Notes: generated from the letters alone by a model not told the origin. 64,000 nt of DNA from an uncultured Nitrospiraceae bacterium (GCA_963811165.1 CAWEQH010000010.1:992001-1056000), one strand, 5' to 3'. Positions 30,542 to 41,256 are shown, numbered from the stretch's first letter. A program made the numbers and translations.

Positions 30542-32228
30542 TTGAAAGACCGGAAAATCATTCCCCCAACAGGTGGCAACGCCGGGGAGGCGTCTTCAAA
30601 GACGGTGAGGGTGGGTGCAAGAGGCGCCCTAAAGTCGGGAGGTTCAACGCTTACGGCAAAATTCATGCTGGGGTTGGGCGTTATTTTGCTTTGCGTCATA
30701 TCAGTTTTTTCCTATCTCACCTATGAGTATCTGAAGAAAATTTATATCAGGGAAGCCTACGAGAAAACGGATATCGTGCTGGGGCATATCGACGCCACAA
30801 TGGAATATGTCCGCGATGAGCTTCGCCCCCGGATATTCCATGCACTGCCCGAAGATGTATTCATCAAGCAGGTCATGTCCAGCTCGTTTATTAACAAGGG
30901 GATCATGAAGATATTCATACAGAAGTTCCCCCGCTACCTGTACCGGAGGGTCGCCATCGATCCCATGAACCCCGCCAACAAGGCCGATGCCTTTGAAGAA
31001 GGCTTTATCAGACAGTTTCAAAACGACCGAACGCCGAAGAAGGAATGGAGGGGCCTCGTCACCAGAAACGGGGAGGACTACTTTCTGCATCTCAAGGCGA
31101 TTATCGTGGAGGAGCAATGCCTCCTTTGCCACGGAGACCCCGATTCTTCACCCGAGTCCATCACCCTTCATTACGGAAGGGTGCACGGACGCCACCGGAA
31201 AGTAGGCGAGGTAATCGGCGTCGAGTCGATCGCGGCTCCCGGTGAGCGACACCTTCCGGCAGTTGCGTCATGTGGCACTCTCTTTTTTCCTTTTCGGGAT
31301 TGCCGGCATGGCGGCCCTTTTTGCCGGCCTCAATTATTTTCATTACCGGCTTGCGGTGGTCCCCCTGAAGCGGGTCAGCTCCTTTTTCAGGGAAGTCGTT
31401 GACGGACACCGCGGACTCGACATCCATTTCGACGCGCGCGTCTATGATGAAGTGTACGAGCTGGCCGAATCCTTTAACCGGATGATGGGATACCTGAAAG
31501 AATCCGAAGAGGAAAGAAAAGAGATGGAGGAGCGGATGCTGCAGGCCGACAAGCTCGCCTCTATAGGCAGACTTGCCGCAGGCGTGGCCCATGAGATCAA
31601 CAATCCGCTCAGCCTGATCCTGGGCTACACGAATATGCTGCGCAAGACATGCCCTGACACGGGACAGACGAAGGAAGACCTCGATGTGGTATACAACAAC
31701 GCCCGGCTTTGCAAGAAGATCGTTGAAGATCTTCTCAATTTTTCACGCCAGACAAAAGCCAACCGTGTCCCTACCGACATTAATGCCGCGGTCGAGTCGG
31801 CGGTGGTTTCGATGGCGGAAACATATCGCGGCGGGAAGGTCAATATCATCCGCGACTATGATCCTGAGTTGCCTCTTCTGACGGCGGATGAGGACAAGCT
31901 GAAACGGGTTTTCACGAACCTGATGCTGAACGCCTTTCAAGCCATGCAGCCGGGAGGAAGCCTCACGGTCATGACCGCTTACGACAGAGAGAGAAACGGC
32001 ATAAGGATTACTTTTTCGGACACGGGCTGCGGCATTTCTGATGAGATCAGGGACAAGATATTCGAGCCTTTCTTTACTACGAAGCAGCCGGGAGAGGGAA
32101 CAGGACTCGGTCTTGCGGTAAGCTATGGAATAGTGAAGGAACACAAAGGGGAGATTTCGGTCAGGAGCGAGAAAGGGAAGGGATCGTGTTTTACGCTTTG
32201 GTTCCCCCTCGAAGGAGAAAAGGCATGA
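30542..32228 (+). CDS. Sensor histidine kinase with periplasmic heme-c (DUF3365/Tll0287-like) and HAMP domains (apparent +1 frameshift near 31241)
   Basis: TM helix, NPANKAD.FE and CLLCHG in ORF 30542; second TM, HAMP, AHEINNP and GTGLG in ORF 31242. Confidence 0.85.
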
Positions 32229-33631
32229 GCCAGAAGATTCTCATTGTTGACGACAATCCGGATATGACCCGCTTTCTTGAGAGGCTGATCGGAAACGCAC
32301 TTAATCTGGAAACCCGTGTCGCCGGCAGCGCTGAGGCGGCCCTGCAGATCCTCAAAGAAGACACTGTCCACTGCCTTCTTGTAGATATGAAGATGCCGGG
32401 TATGGACGGTATGGAGCTCTTACGGAATATCAGGAAAAAGGACGACTCGCTGCCTGTGATAATTATGACCGCCTATGGCGCCATCGAAACGGCGGTAGAG
32501 GCCATGAAGGAAGGGGCCTATGACTTTATCACCAAGCCCTTCGAAGAGGAGCGGTTACTGCATACGGTCCGAAGGGCGCTGGAGCATCAGCAGCTTCTCC
32601 AAAGGAACCTGGACCTCGAAAGAAGGATCAGAGAGAAAGAAAAGGAAACGTTCTTTGTCGGAGAGTCCCCCCGGATGAAAGAACTGATCGATACGATAAA
32701 GTTGGTGGCAGTAACGGACGTCACCGTGCTTATCACCGGCGAGACCGGAACCGGAAAGGAACTGGCCGCCCGCATGATTCACAGCCTCAGCAACAGGACA
32801 GGCAAGCCTTTTGTGGTAGTAAACTGTCCTGCCATCCCTGAGAATATACTGGAGAGTGAACTCTTCGGCTATCGCAAGGGGGCATTTACCGGGGCCAACA
32901 CCGACAGAGAGGGGCTTTTTCAGGCGGCAGAGGGAGGGACACTGTTTCTTGACGAGATCGGGGACATATCATCCTCACTGCAGGCAAAGCTTCTGAGAGT
33001 GCTGCAGGAGAGAGAACTGAAACCCCTTGGCGATACCGCCACCCTCAGAGTCGATGTCCGGGTCATAGCGGCCACAAACCGGGACCTCGAAGAAAATGTC
33101 GCCTCAGGACTTTTCAGGTCCGATCTTTACTACCGGCTGAACGTTGTTTCGGTCCGCACGCCGCCCCTTAGGGAAATACCCGAGGATATCCCTCTCATCG
33201 CCTACCATTTTCTTTCCCTTTTTTGCGCAGAACTGGGATTGGACCAGAAGAGATTTTCAGAAGAGGCAATACGATTTCTCGTTTCCCGTCAGTGGAAAGG
33301 CAACGCCCGCGAGCTTCAGAATGAGATAAAGAGGACGGTGATCTTTTCGAAAGGCGAAATCCTTACCCGGGAGGATTTCGGGAGCGGTGCTCCGGCGACC
33401 CCATTATGCGAGGACATCTCTGAACTGTACGGGCTTCAATACCGGGAGGGAAGGAATAAAGTCCTCACGACATTCAACGTGGAGTACATTACGCGTCTTC
33501 TAAGGCGCACGGAAGGGAACGTCTCTCTTGCGGCCCAGACCGCGGGTATAGAGAGACAATCCCTGCAGCAGCTCATGAAGAAGTACGGAATCAATTCGTC
33601 CGAATTCAAGAAGGATGCGGAAAAGAAATAG
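32225..33631 (+). CDS. sigma-54-dependent NtrC-family response regulator
   Basis: Receiver domain (ILIVDD, DMKMPGMDG); GETGTGKE, GAFTGA and LFLDEIG; C-terminal Fis-type HTH. Confidence 0.95.
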   Translation: MSQKILIVDDNPDMTRFLERLIGNALNLETRVAGSAEAALQILKEDTVHCLLVDMKMPGMDGMELLRNIRKKDDSLPVIIMTAYGAIETAVEAMKEGAYDFITKPFEEERLLHTVRRALEHQQLLQRNLDLERRIREKEKETFFVGESPRMKELIDTIKLVAVTDVTVLITGETGTGKELAARMIHSLSNRTGKPFVVVNCPAIPENILESELFGYRKGAFTGANTDREGLFQAAEGGTLFLDEIGDISSSLQAKLLRVLQERELKPLGDTATLRVDVRVIAATNRDLEENVASGLFRSDLYYRLNVVSVRTPPLREIPEDIPLIAYHFLSLFCAELGLDQKRFSEEAIRFLVSRQWKGNARELQNEIKRTVIFSKGEILTREDFGSGAPATPLCEDISELYGLQYREGRNKVLTTFNVEYITRLLRRTEGNVSLAAQTAGIERQSLQQLMKKYGINSSEFKKDAEKK

Positions 33632-33654
33632 CACGACCTTACCAATTCAGGAGA

Positions 33655-34170
33655 TCAGGAAGATATGGTCATTTTCTCCAGGACAGACACATCTATTGCA
33701 TAGCCGAAATGCAGTTGCGCCTGTCTGATAAACTGCTGGATTTCCTTAACGTCTTTTTTTTTGTCGAAAAAAATCTTATCAATTCCATTTTCGGTTTCTA
33801 TGCATAAATGATATCTTGCCCGAAATATTCCGCTCAAAAGCCAGAAGCCGGCCCCGGTCATGATCCAGAGGATGATCGGGATAAGGGGGATTACAAAGTT
33901 CCCGGATTCATCCTGTATAAAAGAGCCCCCTCTCGCACTTGCAAAAAAGGTAACGACTAATCCGATCAGCCCAAGCGAAAGGAGCGTAAAACCGAGGAAG
34001 TATTGACAAAACGGATACTTAGCATCTGTGTCATAATAGAGTTTGATCCGGCGAATTTGCTCTCTTTGAATAGTCCTGACAAGCCTGTCGCCGTCGAGTT
34101 CACTGATATTGGTCCCCGTAATTTCTACTTTCGGGCGCCTGAGAGAATTATTATATGTGTCGATAACCAA
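33655..34170 (-). CDS. Hypothetical two-TM membrane protein
   Basis: 171-aa ORF with two hydrophobic segments and a GAGAGG RBS before a TTG start. No family recognised. Confidence 0.6.
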   Translation of the reverse strand: MVIDTYNNSLRRPKVEITGTNISELDGDRLVRTIQREQIRRIKLYYDTDAKYPFCQYFLGFTLLSLGLIGLVVTFFASARGGSFIQDESGNFVIPLIPIILWIMTGAGFWLLSGIFRARYHLCIETENGIDKIFFDKKKDVKEIQQFIRQAQLHFGYAIDVSVLEKMTISS

Positions 34171-34652
34171 AGCAACCTCTCTCTTATGAAGTCCCGCACA
34201 GACGACGATACAAACGTACTATATTATACCCTATTTTGCCCCGGAACTGCCGCTTGACCATCCTTCGGCGTTGCTACCCTTCTAAGGAATACTTGTGTTT
34301 ACATTTTTTGTAAATATTAATCGTGATTTTTTGAAGAGGCACCACGAGTCCTAACTTTCAGGAAACTGAAAATCTATCAAGGTTACAACTGGAATAAACC
34401 ATTGCTGGAAAGACCTGAACGCGTTTCTTTCAGCCACTAAGTGATATTCCTCAAGCGCCGGAATGGTTAACCATTTCCAGATGAAAGACACCTACCAGTG
34501 CCCACTTGAAACCGCCAATATTCTTCCGCTCACAACACGTTAAAACAACGTAACAAATTATGACGAATCTGAGATGACGAGCTTTCTCGTTTTATAGGAC
34601 AAAATAAAGTTGCGCACTCATTTAATTAGAGGGCTATGATATTTGAGAAAGA

Positions 34653-37238
34653 CTACTCCCTTGGGCTTGCGACAATGTTCATGAAAATATCATAGCACGT
34701 GCTCCCGCGATCGACCGATATCGAAATCGCGGGGAACTGAAAACTATCAGGAACCAGGCCACTGTCAAAATGCATGAGATCACTATTGTCTATGCTGAGT
34801 TCAAGAACAAGTCGATGCGTCTTGGCAAAGTCACCGCCTGTTTGGTATATCCCAAATCCGGTGATTGTGTGCATCACCGTTCCATCAGGACTGGCAACAG
34901 TCCACGAGATATCATCCAGACTGTATCTGTCAAACGCTGGGCTGGAGTTCAATTGAATCAGCTTGAAAGCCCCCAAAATTTGTCGGCCGATGGTTATCGG
35001 ACATAAACAGGGACTGACACATCCTTCCTGATAGGTTGACGATGAAGCGAGCAGATAAGGCGTAGTATTAGTGGTTTTTTGCCCTACACCGAACAAGCTC
35101 AGGACTGAATCATGACTATATTGGAAATCTGCAAGGTAAGAAACTCCGCCAAATAGAATCGTCGGGCTATGCAGTGTAAGATCGGGAGATACCAAAGCAG
35201 GTCGGCAATTTGCAAACGGTCTTATGTCCGTCAATAAGCCGTAGTTTGTAAGTTGGATTTCAAGGGTATTCAGGTGGATTTCGAGGGTATCTGATATAAC
35301 TTGGAAATCCGCCCAATAGGACTGACCATGAAAGTTTATAACAGGGATATGCAATTGCAAACCGCTCGATAGTGTAGCTGCGCAATCTCCATTTTCCGAA
35401 TCTGGCTGAAGTATCGCACCGTTGCGTCCAACAGTTAAGAATCTGCCATTCCCATAGGTTACTTCCTGGAGCCCCGGCCGGAAGTATGCCGGGATTCTGC
35501 CTGTCCAGTTCACTCCGTCAAAAGATGAAGAAACTCCGTTATTAACAGCTAAAAAATTACCGTTGCCGAATGTAATTCTGCTGAAAGCCGACGAACAATT
35601 TATAAAATTGTCCGGGCCAGCCGTCCAGTTCACGCCGTCAGATGAAGTATAAATCATTGAACAAAGCGGTTCCGGAGGGCCAAAAATGTAGACACTTATG
35701 AACCCCACAGCAACAAAGATTCCGTTTCCATAGGCTACGCCATATAAGGACCCATAAGATGTTCCATATAACGAAGTCGAAGAAATTCCCGACCGCCTTT
35801 CGGTCCAGTTTATCCCATCTGACGATGACAGGATTATTTGATCAGACCCTACTGCGACAAAAGCACCGTTACCATAAGTTATTCCCAAGAGTTGATTGGG
35901 AGTTCCTGATGTCCTTTCTGTCCAGGTGAGACCATCGGACGAGGTGAGGATTGTGCCGTTATCGCCAACGGCAATAAAGATCCCATTTCCAAAGGTCATA
36001 TCATTTAGGCTATGCATATTTGTAGAATTTCCAGTATTCCACTTTACTCCATCAGACGATGTAAGGAGAGTGTCATTATCACCCAATGCAACAAACAGTC
36101 CGCTGCCGTAAGCCACTCGACGGAGTTTGCTGGTAGTACCAGACAAAACGCTTTTCCAGTCTGTGCCGTCATAAGAATAAAGGATCGTGCCCTTATCTCC
36201 TACGGCGACATATGTTCCCTTACCGTAGGCTGCACCGTAAAGGTCATTAATGTTTCCGTCAATTAGAACAGTCCACTTCACCCCATCAGAAGAGATCAGA
36301 ACTATGCCATTACCTATAGCGACAAACATGCCGTTTTCATAAGCCGCCACGGAAAGGGACTTAGTTGTGCCCGAACTGCTGGTTGTCCAGTTCACGGAAT
36401 CGGGAGAGGTAAGAATTGTTCCATTATCTCCCACAGCGACAAAAACACCATTACCGTTAGTTATTCCAATGAGTTGATTTGGAGATTCTAATGTCTTTTC
36501 AATCCAGGTTACTCCATCAGGGGAGGAGAGTATTTTGACCCCGGGCGAGATGAGGGGTTGGCCACGCCACCCCATAACAACAAATGTCCCATTCCCGTAT
36601 GTAACATTAGCTTCAGAAAAATGATCAGTGATAGGACCATTGATGTTCCTTTGTGTCCAATTGAGTCCATCCGGTGAAGTAGAAATTCCGCCATTAACGC
36701 CTACTGTAACAAAAGTACCGTTTCCGTAGGCCAAATGAACAGCGTCGCGTGCGATCCCGCCAGTTACGGGATTACCTGTTGATATAATGGTCCAGTTTAT
36801 TCCATCCGGAGAAGTCATGTTCGTGTAGGCCCCGATGGCAACAAAGATTCCGCCTCCGAAGACCACATCATTCAGGTCATCCTTGATTTGGGTATCGATT
36901 GCTGTCCAGTTTATCCCATCCGTGGAGGTAAGAACTTTGCCCCCGGTGCCTACAGCGGCAAAAGTGCCGGTACCAAAAGCCACTCCGGACAACGGATTAG
37001 ACAGGTCTGAAACCCTTACGGTCCAGTTCATGCCATCAGGCGAAGAAGAGATCGCTCCGCCCACAGCGACAAACATACCATTGCCATAAGTTATTTTTGA
37101 AACGAATCCGACCTGAGGTATCGGATCTCTCCAAAGCCATCTATCAAGCGGGTCTGCACTTGAATTGCCTGAGAGGAGAAATGACGTAATAATAAGGGTC
37201 AGGATTAAGATGCGGTGAAATAATTTTTGTGACTTCAT
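34653..37238 (-). CDS. Secreted Asp-box (BNR-like) repeat beta-propeller protein with additional C-terminal domains
   Basis: Signal peptide; 13 SxDGxxW boxes in roughly 40-aa repeats (YGNG.FVAVG..GTILTS.DG..WT); distinct C-terminal region. Confidence 0.85.
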   Translation of the reverse strand: MKSQKLFHRILILTLIITSFLLSGNSSADPLDRWLWRDPIPQVGFVSKITYGNGMFVAVGGAISSSPDGMNWTVRVSDLSNPLSGVAFGTGTFAAVGTGGKVLTSTDGINWTAIDTQIKDDLNDVVFGGGIFVAIGAYTNMTSPDGINWTIISTGNPVTGGIARDAVHLAYGNGTFVTVGVNGGISTSPDGLNWTQRNINGPITDHFSEANVTYGNGTFVVMGWRGQPLISPGVKILSSPDGVTWIEKTLESPNQLIGITNGNGVFVAVGDNGTILTSPDSVNWTTSSSGTTKSLSVAAYENGMFVAIGNGIVLISSDGVKWTVLIDGNINDLYGAAYGKGTYVAVGDKGTILYSYDGTDWKSVLSGTTSKLRRVAYGSGLFVALGDNDTLLTSSDGVKWNTGNSTNMHSLNDMTFGNGIFIAVGDNGTILTSSDGLTWTERTSGTPNQLLGITYGNGAFVAVGSDQIILSSSDGINWTERRSGISSTSLYGTSYGSLYGVAYGNGIFVAVGFISVYIFGPPEPLCSMIYTSSDGVNWTAGPDNFINCSSAFSRITFGNGNFLAVNNGVSSSFDGVNWTGRIPAYFRPGLQEVTYGNGRFLTVGRNGAILQPDSENGDCAATLSSGLQLHIPVINFHGQSYWADFQVISDTLEIHLNTLEIQLTNYGLLTDIRPFANCRPALVSPDLTLHSPTILFGGVSYLADFQYSHDSVLSLFGVGQKTTNTTPYLLASSSTYQEGCVSPCLCPITIGRQILGAFKLIQLNSSPAFDRYSLDDISWTVASPDGTVMHTITGFGIYQTGGDFAKTHRLVLELSIDNSDLMHFDSGLVPDSFQFPAISISVDRGSTCYDIFMNIVASPRE

Positions 37239-37774
37239 GATCCCCTCACTCTTTTCTTAGGATATCTCTCAAACTTTTGAAAGTCAATTACATAAAAAAA
37301 CAATTAAAAAAACAATCTGTCAAGATTAGCATTTAATGCCTGTAGACAAATCATATTCGACTGCCGGCATTTTGGCATTGAAATGCTGTAATTCCGTTTG
37401 TCGTATATACTTCTCGAACTTGGTAATAATTAATAATTTTACGAACAAGGCGGTAATTATGTTCCCTTCCCACGAGCGCATAAGTCTTGATGGAGGTTTT
37501 ATAGGAAGGCTGCTCGTTTTGGAACGCAGGCGTTATCATTGGCGGAGAAGCGGTCGGCGTTTGATAGAAGCAAGCTGAGGCCTCAACTTTCTTTTCGAAA
37601 ACTCGCATCAGGGATAGCGTCTCCAGGTCGCTCTTTTAGCCACAAGGTCGCAAATCCTGGAGATACCGATGACCTACAATTATGGAATGAAAGAACATAT
37701 CGCCTCAGGACTTTCGTGCAATAAGATCATCAAAAGTTTTTTCCATAAAAGTGGTTAGTTACTATTGCTGCATC

Positions 37775-38641
37775 TCACCCTTTCGGCAAAGCATCGATTA
37801 TCTCGCTCACAGAATCCGATTTGTTCATGGTATAAAAATGAAGGAACCTGACCCCGTTACTTATCAGATCTTCGCACTGCTTTACGGCATGATTAATTCC
37901 TACCTTCCTCATATCTTCAGGCTTGTCTATATAAGGGGAGATCTCCACCCTTACATTTTTCGGAATCGTCGCGTTGCAAAAGTTCGCGAATTCCTCAATC
38001 TTTCTGCAATCGGTAATTGGCATTATACCCGGCAGTATCGGAATATTTATCCCTATTTTTTCCGCCCGCTCCATAAACTCATAATAATATCGGTTGTCAA
38101 AAAACATCTGAGTAATACCGAAGTCGGCGCCGGCATCCACTTTCTGTTTTGTATAATCCATGTCCCTAGCAATGTCAGGAGACTCGAAGTGACCTTCCGG
38201 ATATACGGCAACACCTGTAGAGAAATAATCATATCCCCTTATGAATTCAACCAGGTCCTTTGCATATCTGAATTCACCTTTGGAGGCGTTGAAGTCGGGT
38301 GCGTTTCTCGGCGCATCACCACGCAGCGCGAGGATGTTGTCTATGCCGTTTTCTCTGTAATTTTCGAGGAGCGCAGCAACGCTGCTTCTGGTTGCGCCGG
38401 TGCAGGTAAGATGGGACATTACCGTGAGATCTGTTTCTCCCTTAATCCATCCGAGAGTTTTGGCAGTCCGCTCCTGCGTGCTGCCACCCGCACCGTAGGT
38501 CACAGACACATACAGGGGATTGTATCTGCTTAGATCAAGGACAACTTTCATGAAGCCTTCTTTACCTTCAACCGATTTCGGCGGAAAGAATTCGAAAGAT
38601 ACCCCGCTTTTTTTCTCATTCAGGAGTTCCCTTATTTTCAT
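37775..38641 (-). CDS. metF: Methylenetetrahydrofolate reductase
   Basis: SFEFFPPK, SVTYGAGG, HLTC, ALRGD, TQMFFD and HFYTMN motifs. Confidence 0.95.
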   Translation of the reverse strand: MKIRELLNEKKSGVSFEFFPPKSVEGKEGFMKVVLDLSRYNPLYVSVTYGAGGSTQERTAKTLGWIKGETDLTVMSHLTCTGATRSSVAALLENYRENGIDNILALRGDAPRNAPDFNASKGEFRYAKDLVEFIRGYDYFSTGVAVYPEGHFESPDIARDMDYTKQKVDAGADFGITQMFFDNRYYYEFMERAEKIGINIPILPGIMPITDCRKIEEFANFCNATIPKNVRVEISPYIDKPEDMRKVGINHAVKQCEDLISNGVRFLHFYTMNKSDSVSEIIDALPKG

Positions 38642-38815
38642 TGTTTCCTCAAGGTAATTCTATTTTTACCCGTTATTCTCACAAAAAGTTGACATAAAAG
38701 TGGGCATGAAAGCTGGGAAGGTCATTATCTCAACCGCCTCCAAATTATTCAATTTCAAATTCATCGCCTTGTTTTTCTTTCTTATCAAGAATGGGGTAAG
38801 CTTATATTTAATTCC

Positions 38816-39160
38816 TTAAACTACACCTCCTTCTCCTTTGAGATACCCCACTACTTGGGGATTAGGTTTTGGAAGACCTGCCACCTTCCATGCGGTGAGA
38901 GGTTCCATAAACTTTTCGGTTATGCATTCCTTGGGCTGGTGAACATTCTTACAGATAGAACCGAGAAGCGGGAAAAAGTTATATTTTCTGTAATGATCCC
39001 TCAGGAATTTGATAATCTCCATTCTATCTTGGGTGAGTTCTTCGACTCCCTCATTCTCTGCCAATGCGCACGCCACCTTTTCGTTCCAGTCATCGGGATT
39101 TTCGAGATATCCTTCATCATCCAGCTTAATCTTTAGATTTGAGTATTCTAAAATAGGCAT
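38816..39160 (-). CDS. TusE/DsrC-family protein lacking the C-terminal cysteines
   Basis: LDDEGYL..PDDWNE.VA..LA, IIKFLRD.Y and AGLPKP motifs. Ends NPQVVGYLKGEGGVV. Confidence 0.85.
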   Translation of the reverse strand: MPILEYSNLKIKLDDEGYLENPDDWNEKVACALAENEGVEELTQDRMEIIKFLRDHYRKYNFFPLLGSICKNVHQPKECITEKFMEPLTAWKVAGLPKPNPQVVGYLKGEGGVV

Positions 39161-39210
39161 AGAAGCCTCCTTCCTTTGCGGTTGTAAAATTCAGACGACA
39201 TCGACCTACC

Positions 39211-39471
39211 TCAATTGCTTTCTCCTTCTTCGAAATATCTGATGAACTGGCCGACCTGCACCCCGAGATATACGCACTTGATATTATTCAGGCAGTCGTC
39301 CGCATCCTTCTTCTCGAGATGCGTTGTGAGTTCATGTTTGCCTTTCTTGAAATCGAGAATATAGGCATTCTTCTCAGCATTGAAACGAAGACTAAAAGAT
39401 ATCTCGTGCTTTTTGATTTCAGGATACATCTCCAGAATCTTGGCTCTCAATTGATCGTCCGAATACGCCAT
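39211..39471 (-). CDS. Hypothetical protein
   Basis: GGAAGGAGG RBS before ATG 39471; 86 aa with DAD.C....KCVYLG. Confidence 0.65.
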   Translation of the reverse strand: MAYSDDQLRAKILEMYPEIKKHEISFSLRFNAEKNAYILDFKKGKHELTTHLEKKDADDCLNNIKCVYLGVQVGQFIRYFEEGESN

Positions 39472-39639
39472 AAGGCCCTCCTTCCACTCTCTTTTTATTT
39501 CATGATAGCGCATCCTGAAACAAAATCAATCCCTTCATCAGATCATCCGCTCGTTTGACAGGGGCCCCTTCTCGTGATATGTTTTCCTCGTATTGAAAAA
39601 AAACCTTGTCAGAAACGCTGTGGTACCGATGGAGGGACG

Positions 39640-40566
39640 ATGGAGCGAAAGGACGGCATAGGTGGCACCGAGGGCGCAGAGTCACCGCTCGACTGCATTG
39701 TCATCGGAGCTGGCCCGGGTGGCCTGCAGGCTTGCATCTACCTCGGCCGCTACAACTTCCGCGTTATGCTGTTCCACCGGCAAGGCGGACGGACCTACCA
39801 CGCAAAGCATATCGAGAACTACCTCGGCCTTCGCGTTGTTACAGGCCCGGACCTTCTGGAATCCGGCCTTGCCCAGGCAGAAAGCTTCGACGTTGCTATC
39901 GAGCGCGTTACGGTGAACCGCGTTGCGCCCCGGGGAGAGTATTTTGAGGTGCAGGCTGAGGGTAGGACGTATCGCTCCCGTTTCGTCATCGCTGCCTCAG
40001 GGGCCAGGGAAACCCTCGCCCCTCTCAAGAACATAGCGCGCTTCTTCGGTACCTCCTACTTCACCTGCATGATCTGCGACGGCTATCGTACTACCGGCAA
40101 GAAGCTGCTTGTCATCGACCGCACCGTCAACGGGGTGCGCCTCAGCGTCGGCATGAAGCAGCTGTTCACCAAGGACGTGACTTTCCTTGCTCATGGTTTC
40201 TCTCCGGTACAGACGTACGCATCGCTTCTCAAGGAGGAGGGAATCGGCCTGGTCGAGGGGCGGCCGGAGGAGCTTCTCGGCGAAAAGACCCTCGAGGGGG
40301 TGCGGCTCGCCGACGGGCGCGTCATCCCCTGCGAGGTCATTATGGGGTGGGGGGGGATCTCTCTCAACGACGAGTACCTCGAGGGCCTCCCTCTGGAGCG
40401 CGACGCCGAGGGGTTCAAGATCGTGACGAGGGGAGCGGGCGAGTCGAGCATCCCCGGTCTCTTCGTAGTCGGCGCTCTCCGCCAGGGCCACTCCCAAGCT
40501 ATCATCTCTGCTGGCCAGGGGGCCGAGGCGGCGATCGAAATCAGCACGAGGATCGTCGAGCTCTGA
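39640..40566 (+). CDS. Thioredoxin reductase-like FAD/NAD(P) oxidoreductase
   Basis: IGAGPGG, ENYLG, redox CMIC and SSIPGLFVVG motifs. Confidence 0.88.
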   Translation: MERKDGIGGTEGAESPLDCIVIGAGPGGLQACIYLGRYNFRVMLFHRQGGRTYHAKHIENYLGLRVVTGPDLLESGLAQAESFDVAIERVTVNRVAPRGEYFEVQAEGRTYRSRFVIAASGARETLAPLKNIARFFGTSYFTCMICDGYRTTGKKLLVIDRTVNGVRLSVGMKQLFTKDVTFLAHGFSPVQTYASLLKEEGIGLVEGRPEELLGEKTLEGVRLADGRVIPCEVIMGWGGISLNDEYLEGLPLERDAEGFKIVTRGAGESSIPGLFVVGALRQGHSQAIISAGQGAEAAIEISTRIVEL

Positions 40567-40680
40567 CGGTCCCGATACTTGGGAGAGCTCAGCCGTCGGC
40601 TTCGGTCCGTGGCTTCTACGGGTCAAAAACGCTCCCCATACACGCGTTTTCCGACAACTTTATGGACAGTACGTTGTGAA

Positions 40681-41256
40681 TCACGGATTTTTGGTGGCTG
40701 GCTCAGAACCTCCTGCATCTTCTACCAAACCTCCATGATTGGTTTCGATCTTCACAGGTCTTGAGAGCGTCAATCCCACAGGCGAGGTGTTTACCACATG
40801 CTTATGGAGTTCCCGGAGGGTTTTTTCGTCCGCACCGGCTTTGATCCTCACCTTTGCCTTGATGGTCTTGAATCCTGGGAGCTTATCCATATGAAGCTTT
40901 TCGGGAGGTTCGAGGCCAAGAAAGCCAGGCAGGTCAATCTCTCCTTCCAGATCGATCTTTATGTCATCAATCCTTATTCCTCTCACCGCGGCGTTCATGG
41001 CATATCCTATGCTGAGACATGCCCCGTATGCCTGGAGGAGCATCTCCACAGGATTGGCCGCGGTGTTTGTCCCGCAGAGCATCTCAGGCTCATCTGCCAT
41101 GAGAGTGAATTCCCTCGAACACGTCTCGACCTTAAAGCCGCCTTTCCAGGTTGTTGATGCCTTCCATACCGTCCTCCCAACCTCCCAATTCTGTTTCACC
41201 GTCTCCACAACCTTCATCAAATTTTCGGGGTCAAGTCCGTTTATTGCCACTGTCAT
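40681..41256 (-). CDS. OsmC/Ohr-family protein
   Basis: ADEP..L.GTN.A.NPVE.LL.A.GAC, EG.IDL.GFLG and TSPV motifs. RBS before ATG 41256. Confidence 0.88.
   Translation of the reverse strand: MTVAINGLDPENLMKVVETVKQNWEVGRTVWKASTTWKGGFKVETCSREFTLMADEPEMLCGTNTAANPVEMLLQAYGACLSIGYAMNAAVRGIRIDDIKIDLEGEIDLPGFLGLEPPEKLHMDKLPGFKTIKAKVRIKAGADEKTLRELHKHVVNTSPVGLTLSRPVKIETNHGGLVEDAGGSEPATKNP

Noticed and set aside
24193..32228. Calling the ATPase, MFS and kinase genes pseudogenes or programmed frameshifts
   Set aside because: There are no in-frame stops or slippery sequences, and single-base fixes restore complete proteins. Sequencing error is more parsimonious.
38642..38815. SAM-I riboswitch upstream of metF (CTTATCAAGA at 38781)
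   Set aside because: It is on the wrong strand for metF and the rest of the SAM-I core is absent.
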